DNA of 64,000 nt from Nitrososphaeraceae archaeon (GCA_035762785.1 DASUCH010000043.1:7158-71157); one strand, 5' to 3'; shown: positions 43,095 through 52,816, counted from the stretch's first letter. Numbers and translations are program-made. Notes: generated from the sequence alone by a model not told the origin.

Positions 43095-45029
43095 TTAAAG
43101 TTTAGTTTGTGGTTTGTTTATTTCTCTATTTCTTCTTTTTCTTCTAACGATCAGAAAACTACTGATAGATATTAAAATTAAAATAGATAATATTATGATA
43201 GTAATTATTATTGGTGTAGTAGTTAATTCAAATTCCAGTCTATATGTTAATTGATCATTTTGCAAATTAAATTCTGTCGTACTCTTGTTATTACCGATAG
43301 TTATCAGATCTTTTATCTCTTTGTTTACCTTTACCAATACTTGGCTTCCTGGATTAAATCCTCCTAAAATAAATTTTGTATCAATTCCCAGTTCGGGATA
43401 TACTAAATCAATCCTTTTATACTCTTTATTTTTTTCTAAATCATAGTTTACTCTGGTGATATTTACATAGGATGATTCTGGTTTTACCGACAGATCAATA
43501 GTATTTAATTTTGTAAAATTATTATTAGGAGTAAGTATTATTGTGTTATTTTGTTTGTACACTGTATTAGTAATATTATTTCCATCAATAATCTTATTCA
43601 ATGTATCGGTTATTATCATGTTACTTTTTTTATCATTTAGCAAAAATGCAGTATAGTTAAAATAAGAATTTAATATCTTGTTATCTTTGGATTGTCTGAT
43701 AAAGAAATCGTCATTTTCATTATTTTCTATTACATTGTCTTCTAATATATTATTAGATGTTCTATCAAGTCTTAACCCAAAGTTAGGGCCTTCAACAATA
43801 TTATTATTTACCAATTTATTGTTATTTGTTCCATAATCTGCAATATTTACTCCACTATTCATGGACTTTTCTATATTATTAAATTTAATTATATTATTAG
43901 TAGAATTACTGTATATGTTTATCCCATAGTTATTGCTGTTGGTAATATTATTTGAATTAATTAGATTGTTCTTTGTATTTTTCAGGAAAATTCCATTACC
44001 ATTTCCTACAAAGTTATTCTTTATTATATCATTTTCCGATGATTCAGAAACCATCATTCCCATTGTGTTGGATCTTATATTGTTTGATTCAACATAATTT
44101 ATACTAGAATTCCGTTCAAGTAGAATTCCAATACCGATATTATTTTCTAAGATGTTATTCATTATTTTTATATTATTACAATTTTTTTTACACACTATGG
44201 CATGTAAATTATTTTCGTAAATTCTATTTTCTAGTATGTCAATATTGTTAGTATTTGAGTCCAAGTTAATACCATCAAATTGACTCCTTAAAATATTGTT
44301 ATTTTTTATAGTAACATTAGAAACTTCATTGGCGATGCGTAAACCAAAATAATTATTCATTATCGTATTGTTTTGAATTACGCTACCATCACCAGAGAAA
44401 AATGTTATTCCTGTTGTGCCTGAATGTCCTTTATAACCCAGATTTTCAAAAAACGAATTCGTTATATTAGTTTGTCCTGCCGAATTCCAGAATGTCCATA
44501 CATAAGCTCGGGGAGTTTCAGGAGTGATTAATTGAGGAACCTCATTTCTTGTGGAATTCCATGAGGTTATATTTGTATTATCTATAATTAAATTCCCCCT
44601 TGAAATTATAGAATATGCAATATTATGTGAAGAATCGGAATCTATTTTAAGTAGACGAGTATTTATACCACTAATATTTAATGTTCCGTTTTCGAGTATC
44701 AAAATATTAGACTTCAATACCCATTCTTTTTCTCCTGTCCTTTCTAGAATATCAGAATTATTATTAAAAAAATCATTAATAGTAAGAATATCTACTGTGC
44801 CATTACAAACTACGATAGTTTTTGTAATATTTTCATATCTCAAACAAATATCATCCTGCTGTAGAGGATGATTACTTTTCATATCCGTATTTTCAAATTC
44901 AGAATTATTAATTAATGGACTTTGATTATCAACTGAAAATGAAATATCTATATTATTAGCTAAAATTAAAATTAACAAAGATGGAAACACAACAATACCT
45001 AAAATTATAATATTTCTAATACTCGACAC
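43095..45029 (-). CDS. Membrane-anchored right-handed parallel beta-helix protein, AlgG (mannuronan C5-epimerase)/NosD-like
   Basis: Signal peptide; W.L...I....GTL.I, ITSWN and PRAYV...NITNS..ENLGY N-terminal AlgG-like region; Asn-ladder repeats; C-terminal TM plus RRKRR. Confidence 0.8.
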   Translation of the reverse strand: MSSIRNIIILGIVVFPSLLILILANNIDISFSVDNQSPLINNSEFENTDMKSNHPLQQDDICLRYENITKTIVVCNGTVDILTINDFFNNNSDILERTGEKEWVLKSNILILENGTLNISGINTRLLKIDSDSSHNIAYSIISRGNLIIDNTNITSWNSTRNEVPQLITPETPRAYVWTFWNSAGQTNITNSFFENLGYKGHSGTTGITFFSGDGSVIQNNTIMNNYFGLRIANEVSNVTIKNNNILRSQFDGINLDSNTNNIDILENRIYENNLHAIVCKKNCNNIKIMNNILENNIGIGILLERNSSINYVESNNIRSNTMGMMVSESSENDIIKNNFVGNGNGIFLKNTKNNLINSNNITNSNNYGINIYSNSTNNIIKFNNIEKSMNSGVNIADYGTNNNKLVNNNIVEGPNFGLRLDRTSNNILEDNVIENNENDDFFIRQSKDNKILNSYFNYTAFLLNDKKSNMIITDTLNKIIDGNNITNTVYKQNNTIILTPNNNFTKLNTIDLSVKPESSYVNITRVNYDLEKNKEYKRIDLVYPELGIDTKFILGGFNPGSQVLVKVNKEIKDLITIGNNKSTTEFNLQNDQLTYRLEFELTTTPIIITIIILSILILISISSFLIVRRKRRNREINKPQTKL

Positions 45030-45166
45030 TTGCGTTACTATGTTAAATTAATATGCTATATAAATGACGATAATGATATAGTTATTACTTTTTTTTAAAT
45101 AACATACTTCTAGTAAAATTTGGAGAGACACACATTTATATAAAAATAATCAAGTTATATTGGTTT

Positions 45167-46447
45167 ATGGAATTACATGGTGTAGCTAAAGATAATATTG
45201 TTAAATATCTTATCATATTCTTCTTTACTTTACTAGTATCTCATCTTGTTTTTTATTCTTTATCTTTACAACAGATATATGGTGGTGCCGATCAGGGAAA
45301 TACCAATAGCGGTCCACCTTATAATGGTGTTAATATGCATGGTTTTTATACTAGAACTTCTCAAGCTCGAGATACAAATTATGATCTTCCAAATAATTAT
45401 TTTGAAGAGAGTTTTAAAATTCTTTCATCTAATGGATTAAATCACGTTCGATTCTTGATTTTCTGGGAATCTTATGTAAAAAATCCTACAGAGTTCATTG
45501 AAGAATTAAAGACTGTTGCAAATGCTGCTGATCAATATAATATTAAAGTTCTCTATGATAACCACCAATTTCATACATCATCTTATCTAAATCCTCAACG
45601 AGGTACTGGTTTTCCCTTTTCATTATTTGAAGCCGATTTTGCATTTTTTTATGGAAGTGGTGGAGGTACAAAATACCCGACAGCTAAAGTATGGTGGACA
45701 AATTGGTGGGATAGAAATGTTCGAGATAAAGATGCTAATGATGGCTGGACTTTACAAACAGAATTCTTCAAAAAAGTTCTAGAAACGGTTGATAACCATA
45801 CAAGTACTGTGGGCTATGAAATTTTGAGTGAACCACAGGTCCATGATAAGAACCAATGGGAAAAAATAGGAAAATATAATACCTTTATGGCAGATTTTCT
45901 TAGAAAAAATACCGATAAAACTATTGCCTATAGTATGAATATCCCTGTATCTTTACAAAGCCCTATTGAATTAAATCCAATTAATCTAGCCAAAATGGCA
46001 CCTAAAAATATTAGTAATCTAGTATTTAAAATAAGCGTCTACGGAGTTCCCCAAGAAAATGAGTATCAAGAATCAAGGTTGAGTAATTTTGTTCAAGCTG
46101 CTGAACTAGCAAACGTTCCACTATATGTAGGAGAATGGAATAATGTTCAAAGAGATAAGATTATTGATGAAGAAGGAGAAATTATCACATTTATTAATGA
46201 AACATTTAGTAGTATTAATCAGAGTGAAGCCAATAAATTAGTATCTGTGTTTAAGGATCTTGATGTATGGGGTTCTGCGTTTTGGCAATGGAGAGTAGAT
46301 TCTCATCAAGTGCAAAACTTTAATTTGATTAATATAACCAACGGAAAGATAGAAACTACACCTTATTTTGATATAGTAAAAACTGCATACCAGACAATTT
46401 ATGGAGATACGCAAAATACCTCTTCTAATACTACAACGTTAACATAA
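45167..46447 (+). CDS. Secreted GH-A clan (GH5/cellulase-like) glycoside hydrolase
   Basis: N-terminal TM; GVN, NHVRF..WE, YDNHQ, GYEILSEP (acid/base) and LYVGEW (nucleophile). Confidence 0.85.
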   Translation: MELHGVAKDNIVKYLIIFFFTLLVSHLVFYSLSLQQIYGGADQGNTNSGPPYNGVNMHGFYTRTSQARDTNYDLPNNYFEESFKILSSNGLNHVRFLIFWESYVKNPTEFIEELKTVANAADQYNIKVLYDNHQFHTSSYLNPQRGTGFPFSLFEADFAFFYGSGGGTKYPTAKVWWTNWWDRNVRDKDANDGWTLQTEFFKKVLETVDNHTSTVGYEILSEPQVHDKNQWEKIGKYNTFMADFLRKNTDKTIAYSMNIPVSLQSPIELNPINLAKMAPKNISNLVFKISVYGVPQENEYQESRLSNFVQAAELANVPLYVGEWNNVQRDKIIDEEGEIITFINETFSSINQSEANKLVSVFKDLDVWGSAFWQWRVDSHQVQNFNLINITNGKIETTPYFDIVKTAYQTIYGDTQNTSSNTTTLT

Positions 46448-46566
46448 ACTAATAATATAATTTAGGAAATGTGAATAGAACAACAAAGGATGAAGTTCAG
46501 AATTCAATAAACTTAATGTATCTATGTTAAGTTAATAATAAAATTTGAAATGATATGATGGATTAA

Positions 46567-48489
46567 TTAAACCATTATTTGTGGTCTTTTCGAAAGATAT
46601 TTGGGTAAATTTAATGGCATAAATGGTTTATCTTTTATTTCATTTCTTACAGATTCTATTAATTCTTCTATGTTAGATTCAATTTGTTTACCTGTTTTAC
46701 GATCACGTATTACCAAAATTGTAGATTTAGCTTCTTTATCTCCAATAACAATTATGTATGGAATCCATTCTGTTTCTGCTTCCCTTATTCTTTTGCTAAG
46801 AGATTCTTGTCTGTCATCTATATCTGTCCTTATGTGACTTTGGGAAAGAATATTTTCTACATTTTCTGCAAATAGCAAATGTTCATTCTTTATAGGTATA
46901 ATTCTAACTTGTGTATGGGATAACCAAATGGGAAATTGAGGTCTTTCACCCTGTTGTTTAATTTTAGCAGCTTTTTCTAATAGGGTATAAATAATTCTTT
47001 CTATAGCTCCGCTAGGTGAATTATGTAAGATTATTGGATTTTTTCTTTTTCCTTGTTCATCTATATATTCAATTTTGTATCGTTTTCCATTTTCTACATC
47101 TATTTGGTCTGTTGATAAAGCTGCTGCTTTTCCTATGCTATCAACATAATTAAATTCCCATTTTAAAATAAAATAAAAAAATCTATCCTTCCACATTTCA
47201 ACTAATATAGGTTTTCCAAATTTTCGAGAAATCTGAGCAACGAATTCTTTGTTTTCATTGTAAAATGTTTCAGTAAATCTTATTGCCATTTCTATATCGT
47301 CGATTTTTATATCAAATCCGTTTAATACATTTAGAGAGAGATCAAAACGTTTTAAACATTCGTCTTTTGCCTGTTCTATATCTTTACAAAATGCATGACA
47401 GTCAGGCATACTGAATGCTCTTAATCTTCTTAGTCCTACGAGTTCTCCACTTTTTTCTCTACGGAAACTATATCTTGTTAACTCATAAAGTTTCAATGGG
47501 AGATTTTTATATGTAATATGAAAATCCTTAGCCATTAAAAACTGACCAAAACATGCTGCGAACCGTAAAAATAAATGTTTGTTATCTGATAGTATATTAT
47601 ATTGTCTGGCGGGAAAGCGATTAAAATAACTTTCCATAGACGGATGTTTTGTATCATACATTATGGGAGTTTCAACTTCTATTCCGCCATATTCAAGAAC
47701 ATTCCTGGTTACAAATTGTTCTATCAATGATTTCATTAATTTTCCTTTTGGATAGTATCTCATATTACCTGCATCAGAGGCTGGTTCATAATCTGCAATA
47801 GCCATTTTTTTCATAAGAGCTACATGAGCAGGTTGTTCATCAACAGCTCTTCTTTTTGAGGTTTCATAATCTAAAAACCTTTTCAAATTACTATTTTTTT
47901 CGATTTTAAATACGTCTAATGGTGTTAATACCCCATTTGTATCTAGAATGAACCATAGAGATTGTTGTTTTTCTTCTGAATTTAAAGCAGAAGAAAGACG
48001 CTCCATATCAGGCAGATGTTGTTTTAAATCATCTTTCCGCAATATCTCATCCGTACCTTTAATAAAAGGGAATGGAATATTCGAAATTACTTTAAAATTT
48101 TCTGCTAATGGATGACCTTTTACTTTTATATTGAAGCTCTTTGTCCATCCAAATGGAGCTCTATTTACCTCAGTTAGTATTTTCCTTGATTTTGTTTCCA
48201 ATTCTTTGATAATTTCAAAAGCATTTTTTGGAGATTCCAAATAAGAACTTAAGTGAGAATAAGGATAAATTAGTAATCTATTAACCTTTAAATTTTTTGA
48301 ATAACTTTTAATTTCTTCTATTGCTTTTTCTATAGTTATTTTATTATCTCCTTTTTCTACTGATACAAAAACAACTATTAAGCTTTCAAATCTTATTTTG
48401 GATTTTAGTATATTTTTTTCTGCATCATTAAGTTCCTCTTCGATAGGCTCATACTCCATAAACTCTGCATGTAATTGTAATAAACGCAT
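46567..48489 (-). CDS. thrS: Threonyl-tRNA synthetase (archaeal type with N-terminal editing domain)
   Basis: MRLLQLH, YPYSHLS, APFGW.K, GHPLAE, LRFAAC, RLRAFSMPDCH and GAIER motifs. Confidence 0.98.
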   Translation of the reverse strand: MRLLQLHAEFMEYEPIEEELNDAEKNILKSKIRFESLIVVFVSVEKGDNKITIEKAIEEIKSYSKNLKVNRLLIYPYSHLSSYLESPKNAFEIIKELETKSRKILTEVNRAPFGWTKSFNIKVKGHPLAENFKVISNIPFPFIKGTDEILRKDDLKQHLPDMERLSSALNSEEKQQSLWFILDTNGVLTPLDVFKIEKNSNLKRFLDYETSKRRAVDEQPAHVALMKKMAIADYEPASDAGNMRYYPKGKLMKSLIEQFVTRNVLEYGGIEVETPIMYDTKHPSMESYFNRFPARQYNILSDNKHLFLRFAACFGQFLMAKDFHITYKNLPLKLYELTRYSFRREKSGELVGLRRLRAFSMPDCHAFCKDIEQAKDECLKRFDLSLNVLNGFDIKIDDIEMAIRFTETFYNENKEFVAQISRKFGKPILVEMWKDRFFYFILKWEFNYVDSIGKAAALSTDQIDVENGKRYKIEYIDEQGKRKNPIILHNSPSGAIERIIYTLLEKAAKIKQQGERPQFPIWLSHTQVRIIPIKNEHLLFAENVENILSQSHIRTDIDDRQESLSKRIREAETEWIPYIIVIGDKEAKSTILVIRDRKTGKQIESNIEELIESVRNEIKDKPFMPLNLPKYLSKRPQIMV

Positions 48490-48516
48490 TTTCCCATCTT
48501 ACCTTAGCTTAATTTA

Positions 48517-48726
48517 TTATTTCCATCTTGCTCTTTCTGTTTCTCGGTCTTCTTTTGTAGCTTTTTTCCATTCTTTATAATGATTTCTACATAAATAGAT
48601 TCTTTTACTAGTTGAGGAAATATCCAAGTCGTTAGCCATTCTTCCTTTGCTCTCACTCATAGATCTTTCTGCTTGTTCGGTACATCCTTTTATACTACAG
48701 TTAATACCTTTGTTTACTCTACCCAT
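48517..48726 (-). CDS. Small C2CH zinc-finger protein
   Basis: C10-x4-C15-x30-C46-x2-H49; 27 bp upstream of thrS on the same strand. Confidence 0.8.
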   Translation of the reverse strand: MGRVNKGINCSIKGCTEQAERSMSESKGRMANDLDISSTSKRIYLCRNHYKEWKKATKEDRETERARWK

Positions 48727-48780
48727 CTATAGTACAATTATATTTCAATATAAAAGGTATACCGATATAGGTGTAAAGAA

Positions 48781-50238
48781 TTAACGTATTATGAAAATTA
48801 CTATAAAAACTAATGACCCTATTATCTCAGTTGTTAGTATTAAATTCTTTATCTTTTTAAATGTTGAGGTAACTGATTTCCTATTCTTGGATCTAATCCA
48901 TTTCTGATCTCTGATTGTTACTAAGGCGTATAATTTTATTATCGCAATCATAAAATTAATTATTACATAGACTGGAAGAAGTATAATATCCCCTGGATGT
49001 CTCTTTAGATGTGGTAAAATTTTAATTCCTCGTCCTATCATCCATAAAAGTAAAATGGATACCGCTAATACATAGTGATTCAAATAAAGTGATATACCAA
49101 AAAATATCGGACCAAAAAATAATGTAAAGATGGAAATAAATCTATCTATTATATGAAAGGCTAAAAATGGATGCTTCCAAGCCCATCCATTCCACAAACT
49201 TATTAAATCAGAATTATGACTATTTCTTGACCACCTCAATCGTTGACTCCAAAAGGTCTTAAAATCAGGAGCTGCATATGAATATATTACAGCATTGCTC
49301 TGATAGTATGTTTTCCAACCTTTGCTTTGAACAATTCTTGTTAAACATTTATCTTCTCCAGATTCTTTCTTCGTTCCTAAGACTATTTCATTAAGAAAGT
49401 TATCCAAATCTTCAATTATAATCTCTTTTCTATATAGCGAAGTTCTACCTGACAGACATGAAAGAGCCTGACCCATTGCAGTCTGAGCAGGGAGGTCATA
49501 ATAATTCCTCATGTCCCAAAAAATGTCTGTTATCTTCTGCCATATTGTTTTTCTTTCAATAGGATGTTGTCTTGTCGTAACACCTCCTATCAGCTGATCT
49601 TCAAAAGGAGAAAGTATTGCTTTCCTAATATTTTCTGCCCATATTGTGTCGCTATCTACAAGAGCAACAATTTTATATTTTGCCTCTTTTATTCCTTCAG
49701 CAAGTGCAGGCCTTTTACCAGGCTTTGTTGCTATGATAATCTTCATAAATGAATAATCTTTAGCAATAGAATTGAAAATTTCAATGCAACGGGTATCACT
49801 TTGGTCTATTACTCCGATTATCTCGTTAGGTGCATTTTTTATCCACGATCTTATTGCCTGTTCAAAAATTTTAGGATCTTCATTATAAACTGGAGTAATG
49901 ATGCTATATTTGTAATATGTTGTATCACTACAAGGGACTTTAGGTTTATACAAGAATGAAGTAGATTTTTTAAAGATCCATACACTCCATCGCCAAAGCC
50001 CTATAATTCCAAGTGGTATGTATATCCATATGAGGTGATAGTAATTAATTGCCACATATCCCAAAAATTCAGAAAGCTTTAAGATTAGAGACTGAATGGG
50101 TTCTAATAAAGATATTTTACTAAAAAAATCAGGTGAAAAAACGTAAATTATAGAAAAAATGAGAAGTACAGATAATACTGAAATAATTAAAGCAATCGTA
50201 ACTTCCTCTGATGCTCTTGAATCCATTAATCTGTACAT
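48781..50238 (-). CDS. Processive membrane GT2, hyaluronan/NodC-synthase-like
   Basis: PVYNED, GKR, VDSDT (DxD), CLSGRTSLYR, GEDKCLT and QRLRW (QxxRW); TM segments on both sides of the catalytic domain. Confidence 0.9.
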   Translation of the reverse strand: MYRLMDSRASEEVTIALIISVLSVLLIFSIIYVFSPDFFSKISLLEPIQSLILKLSEFLGYVAINYYHLIWIYIPLGIIGLWRWSVWIFKKSTSFLYKPKVPCSDTTYYKYSIITPVYNEDPKIFEQAIRSWIKNAPNEIIGVIDQSDTRCIEIFNSIAKDYSFMKIIIATKPGKRPALAEGIKEAKYKIVALVDSDTIWAENIRKAILSPFEDQLIGGVTTRQHPIERKTIWQKITDIFWDMRNYYDLPAQTAMGQALSCLSGRTSLYRKEIIIEDLDNFLNEIVLGTKKESGEDKCLTRIVQSKGWKTYYQSNAVIYSYAAPDFKTFWSQRLRWSRNSHNSDLISLWNGWAWKHPFLAFHIIDRFISIFTLFFGPIFFGISLYLNHYVLAVSILLLWMIGRGIKILPHLKRHPGDIILLPVYVIINFMIAIIKLYALVTIRDQKWIRSKNRKSVTSTFKKIKNLILTTEIIGSLVFIVIFIIR

Positions 50239-50480
50239 CTAAATTATTTTTTATTAGTGTCTTCTAATTTATATATAGATCGTAAAACTTCTAATTAAAA
50301 AACTCAAAGAAAAGTAGTAACAGTTGTGTATGATATAAATTTTATATTTAAAATTCATATTAATATTTTATAGAAGAATATTTAAAATAATCCCTTCTAA
50401 CTATAGTAGTGAAAAAGAGATAGTAGTACTTATATATTAATTTGGGTTTTTTTTTATAAAAAGAGGTTTGTGGAACAGTA

Positions 50481-51353
50481 ATGGTAAAAATTTCTATAAT
50501 TGGATCCGGAGTAGTTGGTTCTGCAACGGGCAAAGGATTTCATAAGCTAGGTCACGATGTTCTTTTCTATGACATTTCTAAGAAAAGGATGGAAACACTA
50601 AAGAAAGAGGGCTTCGAAATTGCTCATACTGTCAAGGATGCTTTACAGCACAGTGATATTACCTTTGTCTGTGTCAATACACCTACTGGAGAGAACGATG
50701 AACAAGATTTGTCACAAGTTAGATCTGCTCTATTCTCAATTACAGAGGCGTTAAATCAATCTAAGAAATATAACTTGATAGTTTTTAGAAGTACCATGCT
50801 GCCAGGAACCATGGATGAAATAGTAATTCATTATCTGGAGCACGAATGTAAAAAAAATAGAGGTAAAGATTATGATGTTTGTTATAATCCTGAATTTTTA
50901 CGCCAAGAAAGTGCATATGAAGATTTTTTTATTCCTGACAGAGTAATTATAGGAGAGGATGTTGAAGATAGTTCTAGATTATTACAAGAATTGTACAAAC
51001 CCCTTACTGAAAAAATTATTGTTACTAGTCCTAAGGCTGCAGAGATGATAAAGTATACCTCTAATTGCTTTCTGTCATTAAAAATATCATTCTTTAATGA
51101 AATAGGAATGTTATGCAAAGAAATAGGTATAGATGATAGAGCTGTAAGTTTGGGTGTATCCCTGGATAAACGTATAGGTAAATACGGAACTATCGCAGGT
51201 AGACCATTTGAAGGTGCATGTTTGCCAAAAGATACTAAAGCCTTGTCTACATTTATCAGAAAAAGAGGATGGACACCAGACTTGCTTAAAGTAACTTTAG
51301 ACATAAACAAAAAAATTGAAGAATTAGTAACAAAAACCGCACTAACAAAATAA
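50481..51353 (+). CDS. UDP-glucose/GDP-mannose 6-dehydrogenase family protein, short form without the C-terminal domain
   Basis: GSGVVG, CVNTP, RST..PGT, NPEFLR, AEMIKY..N and catalytic GACLPKD; only 290 aa. Confidence 0.92.
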   Translation: MVKISIIGSGVVGSATGKGFHKLGHDVLFYDISKKRMETLKKEGFEIAHTVKDALQHSDITFVCVNTPTGENDEQDLSQVRSALFSITEALNQSKKYNLIVFRSTMLPGTMDEIVIHYLEHECKKNRGKDYDVCYNPEFLRQESAYEDFFIPDRVIIGEDVEDSSRLLQELYKPLTEKIIVTSPKAAEMIKYTSNCFLSLKISFFNEIGMLCKEIGIDDRAVSLGVSLDKRIGKYGTIAGRPFEGACLPKDTKALSTFIRKRGWTPDLLKVTLDINKKIEELVTKTALTK

Positions 51354-51449
51354 TACATTTTATTTTATCTATTTTTATTAAATATTGATCTATTAATTAA
51401 AATATAATATAAATTAGTACTCTTGTCTAGGCTGTATTTTTTTGATGTC

Positions 51450-52514
51450 TTATTTATTATACAAATTATAGTAATAATGAAAAAATTTTTCTAGTGAAAT
51501 TAATTGTCTATTTTCTATAGATATATAAAATGAAGCAAAAGCATTAGAAAAAAATAATCTCTCTTGTGGAGGTAACTCAATAAGATGTCCTATAATATCA
51601 GCAGCATCCCACGAATCCCCCGCACCAGTTAAATTTCGTACAACAATATTTTTTATGTTATATGCAAAATAAACCTCATCGCCATTAGAAAAAGCACAAC
51701 CATATCTGGTGTGCAGGTCTATAAATATACCTAATTTTTTTGCTAAACCTTTAATAGCTAGTTGTATATTTTTTCGGCTATATTTGTTACATAAGGAAAA
51801 ATTTTTGAGCTCTAATTCAAAGAGTAAAGAATTACATTCATTCTCATTAATACTTAGAATATCTATCATACTATTTGGATCTCTTAATAATGAGCAGAAT
51901 TCATTACTCCTGGTTTGAATATCTGCAGGATCAACAAAATGTATTGCTTTAGGTGAATTTTGAAATACGTATTTTAAAAGTTCATTACCTTTCAAGTTGC
52001 TTGCCCAATTTACAAGGATAACTGCATCAGAATTATTTAATATTTCTTTATCATTGTTGGAATCTAGTTTTTCTGGGCCAAAATCTGAATTCCCTCCTAT
52101 ATCACTAATCATTATATTAGAATCATTAAAGTCTATAGATTTACGGATTTCTAATGACGTTGTGTATCCTGGTTTTCCATAGGATAAGTGCAATTTTACT
52201 TTAGGTAAATCACTAAAAAAATATTTTAAGTTCATGTTACTTGAATCATCAGTTATAGTGAATAGATCTACATCAAATCCAAGTTTTCCAAGACAGTAAG
52301 CAATATTTACTGCATTTCCTCCTTCTAATTGTGTAGTAGCTATTCCTCTGATGCTTCCACCTCCATACTTTGTTTTTTCTTTTATACGTACAAAAAACTC
52401 CTCTATATTTTCAATTTTGATTATTCTGTCAATAAAAAAATCATGCAATACTGTGATTGATTTGTTCTGGGATTGTGCATCTTTTATTTTATCAAAAATT
52501 GTAATCGGATCCAA
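51450..52514 (-). CDS. PfkB-family carbohydrate kinase
   Basis: GGNAVN, VDPAD, NENE and TGAGDSW motifs. Confidence 0.9.
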   Translation of the reverse strand: MDPITIFDKIKDAQSQNKSITVLHDFFIDRIIKIENIEEFFVRIKEKTKYGGGSIRGIATTQLEGGNAVNIAYCLGKLGFDVDLFTITDDSSNMNLKYFFSDLPKVKLHLSYGKPGYTTSLEIRKSIDFNDSNIMISDIGGNSDFGPEKLDSNNDKEILNNSDAVILVNWASNLKGNELLKYVFQNSPKAIHFVDPADIQTRSNEFCSLLRDPNSMIDILSINENECNSLLFELELKNFSLCNKYSRKNIQLAIKGLAKKLGIFIDLHTRYGCAFSNGDEVYFAYNIKNIVVRNLTGAGDSWDAADIIGHLIELPPQERLFFSNAFASFYISIENRQLISLEKFFHYYYNLYNK

Positions 52515-52576
52515 AATTCTTATGGAAACACCTATTTAATTTCTTTATTATACATCGTTGTTATTTTTTTTTGAAA

Positions 52577-52720
52577 TTATCTCCAAAATATAGAAATCAC
52601 ACCTAAACCCAAGATTGCTAATCCTCCATAAATCATATAAGAAATATTCATAGCTCCAGCACTTGCTGCTATTCCTATTCCTGAACCTATCATAATAATC
52701 TCTGCTGTTCTTCGTCTCAT
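52577..52720 (-). CDS. Small two-TM membrane protein (47 aa, not in the ORF track)
   Basis: Own translation MRRRTAEIIMIGSGIGIAASAGAMNISYMIYGGLAILGLGVISIFWR*. Confidence 0.65.
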   Translation of the reverse strand: MRRRTAEIIMIGSGIGIAASAGAMNISYMIYGGLAILGLGVISIFWR

Positions 52721-52816
52721 TCTCTCAATAATATAAAAAAGTGGTCTAATAAGTATTGTAGTCTTGCGATAAAGGTTATACGCTATAAAGCATAAAAAAT
52801 ATAAAAATTAAAGAAA

